Below, piece by piece: positions 52,309-64,000 of a stretch of 64,000 nt of DNA. The position numbers and the translations under genes are program-made. How positions within the stretch are numbered: position 1 is the first letter of the stretch; every line of letters begins with the position of its first letter. The notes below the pieces were generated by a model. That model was not told the origin of the DNA, did not search any database, and saw only the letters and a list, made by a program, of their open reading frames with translations. Where the stretch lies: positions 83,764,001 through 83,828,000 of the forward strand of contig CM059432.1 of NCBI GenBank assembly GCA_030390025.1, written 5' to 3'. The DNA comes from Squalus acanthias (taxonomy: Eukaryota).

Positions 52309-52529
52309 CCCGCCAATTTTTGTTAGTTGAACCCCATGTACCTTTCTCATCAACAATATCGCTCAATCCCATCTCTTTCCAGAAACACATCCAGTTGGCT
52401 CTTACACCAATTATACCCTTCAGTGGAAAATTTTGCAGTGGCCTGGTTGGAGGGAAGTAGGCGTATGTAGGGATGACATTCTGTATCTCAGATGACATAA
52501 AGACACTTAAGTGTAAGTAAATGCTTTAC

Positions 52530-52587
52530 CTACATTCAGCACATTCACAGTCTGGGAGTGTGCTCCTTGCAATATTCTAAACCCCAG
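52530..52587 (-). CDS. Host gene exon 2 (LGFRILQGAHSQTVNVLNV)
   Basis: Acceptor cctttccag|, open in phase 0, donor G|GTAAAG (phase 1). Confidence 0.6.
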
Positions 52588-53906
52588 CTGGAAAGGTAAT
52601 TGACCCAATGAATTGTGATTTATGAAATATGAGCCAACAATAGCGACAAGCAAACATGTCTGCAGAGTCGGTTCACCTAATAGTTTTAGTTATACCGTAC
52701 TAAAAGTTTCACCATGTCCGATTAGAATTTGAAAGGTTCCTTAAACGATTGGCAACCTTAAAAAGTTCTAATAACGAACACTTTGGTTCATATTATTGAA
52801 AAGCACAACTTGTAAAATAATTCACCCCAGCTGGCAGATACCGAACATACAATGAAATGTATTGATATGCAAATAGATTTTAAATCGTTTTCTAACAATC
52901 GTTGTCTGTTTCTTATTCAGTTATTGCTGGTAAACTCACCCATGCAGTGTTGTTGGAAACAGCCTTCTTATCTCTCCCAGCCATTGCATTGGTCAAAGAA
53001 TTCCACGTCTTGTTTCTTGACATATACATAAATATTTCATGGCATTTATCAAACATGTATGTTTAATTTACAAACTATACACATCGATGCAGATATTAAA
53101 AAACAAAGATTAAATATGATTCAAAAAGAGGCATGTGACACCAATAAAAAGGCAAGTACTGAAATAATCCAAGCGGGGAACATTGCAGAAAGGAGTAAAT
53201 CACCGCTCTGATTCCGCTGGGTTTTTATTTGTTTTCTTTTTCTTCATTTGGTTTTCTACTTTGACAACAATAATTCAATGCTGTATTGAAAGGACGGACA
53301 GTTTTGAGTCGGGAACAAGGATGCTGTCGGCCGGAGTAGTTCAGATTGTTAATCCAGTAAGAGGGCTGTGAATATATTGCAACATAGCTGGAACCGGCTC
53401 CTAAACTCCCGTAATATCTTTGTAAATTTCTATTACATTGAAGCTCAATCGAATACAATTACATTGAACAAAAAGTGTTTGCAATATAAAATACTTAGAT
53501 ATAATCATGAAAAGTCCGAAGGTTAGGAAGAGGCAATATAAATACAGATTTAAGGGTAGCTGTGGGAACCTTTATAGCGCGTAGGAGAGGACAAGGGGAT
53601 GTCTTCTTCTGTTTTAATCGCGAAGCTAAAGATTTGGGGAATCAAAAATATTCGTATCATTCTGTCACAAGGTTTCCGTCAAATGTAATTCAGTAATGAT
53701 ACCGATGTATTGAGCATTCTAACCTACAACTACTATAAATCCAGAATGGATTCCTGGAATATATCTTCAAACTCCCCCCATTTACAAGCCCCGGGGAAGG
53801 TGAGAAATCAAAGCAGTGAATGAGTGAGTCTGTTAACAGACCGGGAGACGCTTCAATGCGGCTGATTCACCGGCGAAATGAACCCACTAGAAATTCCAGC
53901 TCTTAC

Positions 53907-53942
53907 TTTATCAAGTGACCGTATTTCTATCCTGGCCGCCAT
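53907..53942 (-). CDS. Host gene coding exon 1 (MAARIEIRSLDK)
   Basis: ATGGCGGCC start in a CpG-enriched unique region; 12 codons then donor AAA|GTAAGA (phase 0). Confidence 0.6.
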
Positions 53943-54095
53943 GTAACTCTCTGTGTACATTTCCAAACTATTCGTCCTTTTAGTGAAATGGACGGGGTTT
54001 TATAAAACAAATATGATTCTCTTAAAAGTGCATCGAAGTGGTTTACTATTCTCCCAACGAAATAAAGATAACCCAAGTCGACATTCATTTTAATA

Positions 54096-54348
54096 TGATG
54101 CGGAGATGCCGGTGTTGGACTGGGGTGGACAAAAGTGAGTAGTCGCACAACACCAGGTTATAGTCCAACAGTTTTATTTGAAATCACAAGCTTTAGGAGC
54201 TGCTGCCCCTTCCTCAGGTGAAGTGAAGGAATATGCTATGCCGATTCGTATTCCTTCACTTCACCTGACGAAGGGGCAGCAGCTCCGAAAGCTTGTGATT
54301 TCAAATAAAACTGTTGGACTATAACCTGGTGTTGTGCGACTTCTCACT
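54096..54348 (-). mobile_element. Palindromic Penelope pLTR insertion
   Basis: Arms ~54134-54236 and ~54247-54350 are near-perfect inverted repeats homologous to 1241-1365; 12-bp TSD TTCATTTTAATA at 54084-54095 and 54349-54360. Confidence 0.9.
54261..54298 (+). ncRNA. Minimal hammerhead ribozyme with intact core
   Basis: TCAC-CTGACGA-A-GGGGC(AGCA)GCTCC-GAAA-GCTT-GTGA. Confidence 0.75.
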
Positions 54349-54498
54349 TTCATTTTAATACGCTTAGTTCTACAAGTTCAACAGAAACTATGTCATTTCA
54401 ATAGATTTTTTGTTTGAACTTAGTGATTTGTGATAAGAGGTGAGAAAATGGCCCGATTAACTGGCTGACCGCACACCAAGTCCAGGTGACGGTATTCT

Positions 54499-54989
54499 GT
54501 TGCCCTTTCAGAGCGGGAGCTGCAGTGTAAATACAGCCTCACTACACTGCACCCTGGATCTAAAACCCAACCAGTGATCTCTGTAACCGAGATGTCTTGC
54601 AACTACATTTACCGTGTAAGACATCTCGTTGCCCCGCTACTGCCTGCACCAGAAGAGTATCGTTTAAACTAGTAAAGGTTGGCCCAAAGTCAGTGGTCAA
54701 GTAGCTACACATCAATAACAATTCAATGCACAGCATTACTTGCACTTTAATTGTTGTTCTAATGAAGTTTAAACAGACGCAAGCTAAAAGTGTTGTAGAT
54801 TGTTTACCATTTCAGATATTTATCCAAATTATTTTTTCTTTCTGAAGCAATTTATATTTAATTGCAATGATATATTTACTGATGGTGGTTCCTTTACTGA
54901 TTACACAGAGATCACTGGTTAGGTTTTAGATCCACGATGCAGTGTCGAAAGCTGCATTCACACTCCTGCTCCCGGTCTGAGAGTGCAAC
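54499..54989. repeat. Diverged ~90-bp inverted repeat with ~320-bp spacer
   Basis: Reverse complement of 54499-54585 (ACAGAGATCACTGGTTGGGTTTTAGATCC...GCTCCCGCTCTGAAAGGGCAAC) matches 54905-54989 (ACAGAGATCACTGGTTAGGTTTTAGATCC...GCTCCCGGTCTGAGAGTGCAAC). Confidence 0.85.
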
Positions 54990-55474
54990 TCGCAGTTCGG
55001 TTTGCAACCTTGTTTACATTGCTTAGCCCCTGCTTGGCCCGAACTCTTAATTATCCGCTTAAGACCTCTGCCCATGCTTTTTTTCAAAAGTTAAGATGTA
55101 AGCATTTCGAGAGCACGGGGGGTGGGGGAAGACACCCCACTCTCTAAACATTTAAATGAATGTCAGGTAGTTAAAATGTGTCCATGGGGTTTAACGTACC
55201 CCTTGAGCACTTAGTTACCAGGTTGAACACCATGGTCAAACCCAAGCGGAGTAAAACTTCCATCCCCAGGAAGTCTCACACTGCTGTACTCTGAAGTCAA
55301 TTTGGATCAGAACCTGATTCAGGATTTATACAAGTGTCTGTGCAAGGTGCAAAATCACTTTGCACATGCACTAACCTTGCAGTATAATTGCACATTTACA
55401 TGTGTACATTGAACAAAGCCATTTTCTTAACAATACAGAAATCCCTTATTTTCAATAAAAAGGGGGAAAAAAGA

Positions 55475-55657
55475 CACATGCTGAAATATATACATAAATC
55501 TGCAGAGAATACACAGCAGGTCCATCAGCATCTGTAAATGGAAATAAAAAGTTAGCGTTTCAGGTGTAGCTACCAGTTCTGATGTACACCTGACACCTTA
55601 ACCAATCTTTTCTCTTTATAGATGCTGGTGGACTATTATTTTAGTTATTTTCTGTAG
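55475..55657. mobile_element. Degenerate palindromic Penelope-type repeat (second family)
   Basis: CAGCAGGTCCATCAGCATCTGT...GTTAGCGTTTCAGGTGT versus ACACCTGACACCTTAAC...AGATGCTGGTGGAC; decayed CTGATG/GAAAC boxes. Confidence 0.55.
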
Positions 55658-55699
55658 CATTCAATTACATTATAACTTGAGTAAGACAACATAACAAAG

Positions 55700-59585
<3,886 letters not shown>

Positions 59586-60337
59586 CTATGTTTTCATCAA
59601 AAGGGGATTTTGGTTTTCTATTTTTAAAAGAGATTAAAATATTAAAGAAAACTGCTGAAGACAGCTGAAAAAGCATGCAACAAAGCAGACATGATACACA
59701 TCCTTCAGCTTTAATATGTTTGAACATTAATTCATGATTTCTATATTGCATTATATCTCCAGCAAGGAGAATTAAATTGATGTATATGATACAATTGACA
59801 CGTGAATTATCGCACGATTCTTTTTAACTGGGAAAAGCAGCAAGTTATTGATTGATATCCCATTTTTATTCCTGAATGTGGTTAAAAAGACTACTTTGCA
59901 ATGATTGAAATTTACTGCAGGAAGAGCCTGCCTCATTAAAGCAAAGATGTGTGTGCCAATAGGTTACTACTTGCCACTACTCAAGCAACAGAATGATGAC
60001 AATCAGGTTCTGTTCACTATAAAAACAAATACATTCATTGTAGAAATACGACTCTCAGGTGAATTAGAAGGAGACCTTGTCAAGAAATGACTTGAAATCT
60101 TTTCCTCGGATCATTACCAAGCCTTATCAAAGGTAAATATTCTCGGAAGGAATGCATTCCAATCCCTAATGCTTATGCTGACCGAAGTAATGGCCTTTCC
60201 TTTGTTGTGTAAATCTCCTTTACTGTAGAGGCTGATGACTTTATTCATTAGCTATCAACTCAGAGTAACGCATCAAGGCAAATATTTAAAAATACCCTCA
60301 TTAGTCTTTTATAGTGGTACTTTATAAAAAATACTTT

Positions 60338-61050
60338 GGGGGAAAAATTGAGTCGCGCCCCCTTTGGGGCGCTAACTTTTTTAGCACCCCAGAAAAATTA
60401 GCGCCCCCGCGGCCGAAATTGAGTGGTAGCGCCCCAAGAGGGAAGCGGGGCACTACTGGAAGCGCCTCGCCTCCCTCTTGGGGCGCTGCGAGGGAATATC
60501 GCAGCGCTACGTGCCGCGGTACTGCAGGCCTTCCTCCCCTTCTTAAAGGGGAGGGGCCTTGCGCAGCGCGACCCGGGGCCCAGCTGGGCCACCAGGGATC
60601 GGAGTGCCAGCAAAAGAGCCCGGCACTCAAGAGAAGTGCCGGGCTCATGGAGCGCAGCCGGCACTCCGCAAGGGGGGGCGGGTCAGGAGGCCGGGGACGG
60701 CAGTGGAGGCAGGTGCTGGCAGGCGGCCAGCAACAACAATGGCCGCCTGGCATCTCACCTTTAAATAGTGCCACCCTGGCCGCAGATGGGCCCACCTGAC
60801 CCCGTCGGACATAGCGTCCAGCGGTAAGTCAGGGGGCGCTACTGAAGATCGCGGTCGGGGTGCGAGCGGGGCGCTGCACACGGCGATGACATCATCACCG
60901 GCAGCGCAGCGCCGTGGGGCGCTAACGGTTACCGCCGCCGCTAACCTCACGCTGAATTTTGTGGGAGGCGTTGACAGCGACACGCCCGGGCGCTAGTTGC
61001 TTTGCACCAGGGCACTAACGGGAGGCGCAAAGCAACCAAATTTTTCCCCC
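60338..61050. mobile_element. CpG-rich Harbinger-type MITE
   Basis: GGGGGAAAAATT / AATTTTTCCCCC TIRs; flanks TTT/TTA. Confidence 0.8.
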
Positions 61051-62011
61051 TTATTGCTTTAGGACTGTTATTTTGTTAAGATTTGTTTCACCTTTTCTAA
61101 AGGAGGTGATTTCACCTTTGAGTAAGTATTGGTAAGTGAGATACTTTGCAAGTTAATATGCTCCTCAGGGGTTTCTTTGTGGATCGGATATTATCTTGCC
61201 AGATTATATTTCTGCTATCTACTGATTAATGTATCACTTTTGCTTTCCTCATTCTAGACTAGATCTAAGTTAAAAGACTCACATTTGGGTAGTCGTTATT
61301 TTGTAGATTTTACTTTAAAGCATATCTACATTACTATGGTAGCCAGGCACTGTAAACAACAGAATTATGGATGAGGTCAGTGGCACAAAATGTTAAAGGA
61401 TAATTTCTGCCTGGCAAGATATGGAACTTTCATCGGTAATCTTCATTGTTTCATCACTTGGGCTCCCATAGAAAAGGCTTGTTGGAGCATGCTATTCATT
61501 TCTAATGCTGCCTGAGAACTACCTTTTTGAAAGGTTAGAAATAATAAATACTGCCTTATTCTTGCACCTAGTAATTTTGAGGTTTTCTCACTCTTCATTA
61601 CCATTAACTGCAGTTTGAATTAAGAAAAGCTACCTGTCAGGTCAGGTCCCTGCCTGCTCCTTAATTAGCATTCTAAGTGATGTGGTTATTGTGAGAGAAT
61701 TTGGTTTACATCAAAGCCTCTAAAAGCGGAATTTCCCATTATTTTTACTGGGCATATATACATCAATCTCTTAATTTCAATAGCAAAGAAATGTGTACTC
61801 TGATGCTTAAGTACTTTAAGAGTATTCATACCACAAAATTATTCACAGAAAAGCCAGCTGACAGCTGAATACCTTTCTCCTTTTTATTACATGCCATATT
61901 TACAAATCTCCTAATTTCAACAACAAAGATGGATATGTACTTTGAATGCTTCATTCATTCACAATTAAGTATGCTGAAAATACCTTAGCCTATTGCATAT
62001 GCTAAAATAAT

Positions 62012-62522
62012 GCACTCCATGTTTGAACCCCTCCAATCAGGTTTCCGCCATTGCCACAGCACTGAAACGGCCCTTAGCAAGTCACAAATGACATCCTATG
62101 TGACTGTGACTGTGGTAAACTACCATATCATCCTTCTCGACCTGTCTACAGCCTTTCACATGATTGACCACACCATCCTCCTCCGTTGTCCAGCTGGGTG
62201 GGACTGCCCTTGCCTGGTTCCATTCCTGTCTATCCAGTTGTAGCCAGAGAATCACCGGAAATGGCTTCTCATCCCACTCTCACACTGTTACCTCTGGTGT
62301 CCCCCAAGGATCTATCCTTGGGCCCCTCCTATTTCTCATCTACATGCTGCCCCTCGATGACATCATCTGAAAACTCAACGTCAGGTTCCGCATGTATGCT
62401 GACGATATCCAACTCTACCCCACCGTCACCTCTCTCGACCCCTCCACTGCCTCTGATTTGTCACGCTGCTTGTTTGCATCCAGTATTGGAAAAGCAGAAA
62501 TTTCCTCCAATTAAATTTTGGG
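62012..62522 (+). mobile_element. L2 LINE RT fragment
   Basis: [39 protein letters not shown]. Confidence 0.9.
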
Positions 62523-62754
62523 AAAGTATTTTAAAATTTATTGTTGAAGTTTTAATGCAAACTTGCTGTTACCTAAATCATTATTTTCTAATGTTAGTTT
62601 GTCTTTGTTTTGCTCTTTATTATTTCTTTCACACCAATTTTCTCTCCACCTCTCGTCTCCTGAACACATTAACTCCTTGCCGGGTATGGTTCCACTGGTG
62701 TTGCTTATCTCCCTCCAGTACCTCACCCAAGGGCTCTTTATTTATGGTCAGTCT

Positions 62755-64000
62755 AGACAGTAGGCCTGAGACCAGAAGGAGCGGACCTGGAGGGAACACA
62801 GCGAAAGCGGAGCAGTTAAAAGGACCAGCCCAGAGCGGCAGCAACCTGAAACCAAAAGGAGCGGACCTGGAGGGAGCACAGCGAGAGCGGAGCAGATAAA
62901 AGGAGCGGCTGCAACTCAACAGAGGCAGTTTTTGAAAAAGTGACATCAGAATAAAAAAAAGTAACATCGGCACAAGGAAAGGAGCTGATTGGTGAGTAGC
63001 TGATGAGTGTATTTTATTTTAAGTTTAGAAGTTTATTTCTGCTAAGTTAGTTAATAGCCTATTAAATAGAGGGAAAGAGCTGATTGGTGAGTCGCTTGGG
63101 AGTGTCTTTTGTTAAGTTTTAAGTTTATTTTGGCTGGGTTAGTTTTTTGTCTATTAACTAGAGGTAGGGCAGCTCAGTCCTGTGGAGTGCACATCCTGTG
63201 CCATGTGGGAAGTCCTGGATGCTTCACGTAGCCTGGACGACCACATGTGCGGGAAGTGTCGCTAGCTACAGCAACTCGAGCTCTGGGTTTCGGAGCTTGA
63301 GCGGCAGCTGGAGTCACTGCGGTGCATCCGCGAGGCTGAGAGTTACGTGGATAGCACGTGTCTAGAGGTGGTCACCCTGCAATATAAGAGTATGCAGGCA
63401 GAGAGGGAATAGGTGTCCGCCAGACAGAAGAGGAGGACCAGGCAGGTAGTGCAGGAGTCCCCGGAGTGCATCGCGCTCTCCAACCAGTATTGTGTTCTGA
63501 GTACCGGTGAGGGTGATGGTTTCTCTGGGGGGTGCAGCCAGAGTCAAGTCCACGGCACCAATGGTGGCTCAGCTGCACAGGGGGGGGAGGAAAAAGAGTG
63601 GATGAGCAATAGTGGTAGGGGATTCGATAGTTAGGGGAGCAGACAGGCGTTTCTGCGGCCGTAGACGTGACTCCAGGATGGTATGTTGCCTCCCTGGTGC
63701 CAGGGTCAATGATGTTACTGAGCGGCTGCAGGACATTCTGAGGGGGGAGGGTGAACAGCCAGAGGTCGTTGTCCATATCGGTACCAATGACATAGGAAGA
63801 AAGAGGGATGAGGTCCTGCAGGCAGAGTTTAGGGAGCTAGGAGAGAGATTAAAAAGCAGGACCTCAAAGGTAGTAGTCTCCGGATTACTCCCGGTGCCAC
63901 ATGCTAGTGAGTACAGGAATAGGAGGATAGAACAGTTGAATGCGTGGCTGGAGAGATGGTGCAGGAGGGCGGGCTTTAGATTCCTGAGGCATTGGGACCG
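62755..64000 (+). mobile_element. CR1 LINE 5' end (5'UTR + ORF1), continues beyond window
   Basis: 5'UTR repeat AGGAGCGGACCTGGAGGG..ACAGCGA.AGCGGAGCAG x2; ORF1 CTSCAMW..CGKC, leucine zipper, GDSIVRG / CLPGARV / HIGTND esterase motifs; homologous to 26546-27505. Confidence 0.9.

Larger units (their letters stand above)
101..53942 (-). pseudogene. Multi-exon host gene, TMEM232-like; 5' part open, 3' part apparently disrupted (divergent paralog or pseudogene)
   Basis: Manually traced GT-AG exons: 53907-53942, 52530-52587, 46728-46795, 43250-43440, 42181-42272, 31864-31931, 31690-31739, 21816-21887, 17602-17703, 16411-16546, ~101-605. Colinear patches resemble human TMEM232 as recalled from memory, e.g. 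LDLSCRLTVQCN~LELARKIILRCK, IAGVFLYCL~VAESVLYRL, LQPFL~LQPYL, IMGEA~VLGEA. No search was run. Confidence 0.4.

Noticed and set aside
60314..60983. Several overlapping 88-161 aa ORFs (similar ones at 4975-5498 and 17659-18341)
   Set aside because: Artefacts of GC-rich MITE sequence; no domain motifs.
61762..61950. Degenerate ~45-bp direct repeat about 140 bp apart
   Set aside because: Two AT-rich imperfect copies only; most simply an old local duplication.

Overview
Vertebrate genomic DNA, most likely a cartilaginous fish (shark/ray). This is inferred from HE1/V-SINEs and the repertoire of CR1, L2, RTE, Penelope and PIF/Harbinger elements. A large share of the window is nested transposon debris. 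Between the repeats, a minus-strand multi-exon gene can be traced from an ATG at 53942 down to about position 100. Nine GT-AG exons can be spliced into a phase-consistent ORF of about 245 aa, and by my recollection of the human protein its segments resemble TMEM232 in colinear order. The 3' exons show a phase break and in-frame stops, so it may be a divergent or decaying TMEM232-like copy (unverified). Other highlights: two Penelope insertions with 12-bp TSDs carrying minimal hammerhead ribozymes, one a near-perfect palindrome just upstream of the host ATG; non-autonomous Harbinger elements that retain a Myb/SANT gene but have a deleted transposase; CpG-rich Harbinger-type MITEs; V-SINEs with swapped LINE tails; a nearly intact RTE nested in a long CR1; and a probable terminal exon plus 3'UTR of an upstream minus-strand gene at about 55.7-59.4 kb. 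No prokaryotic genes, rRNA, true tRNA or CRISPR arrays were seen.
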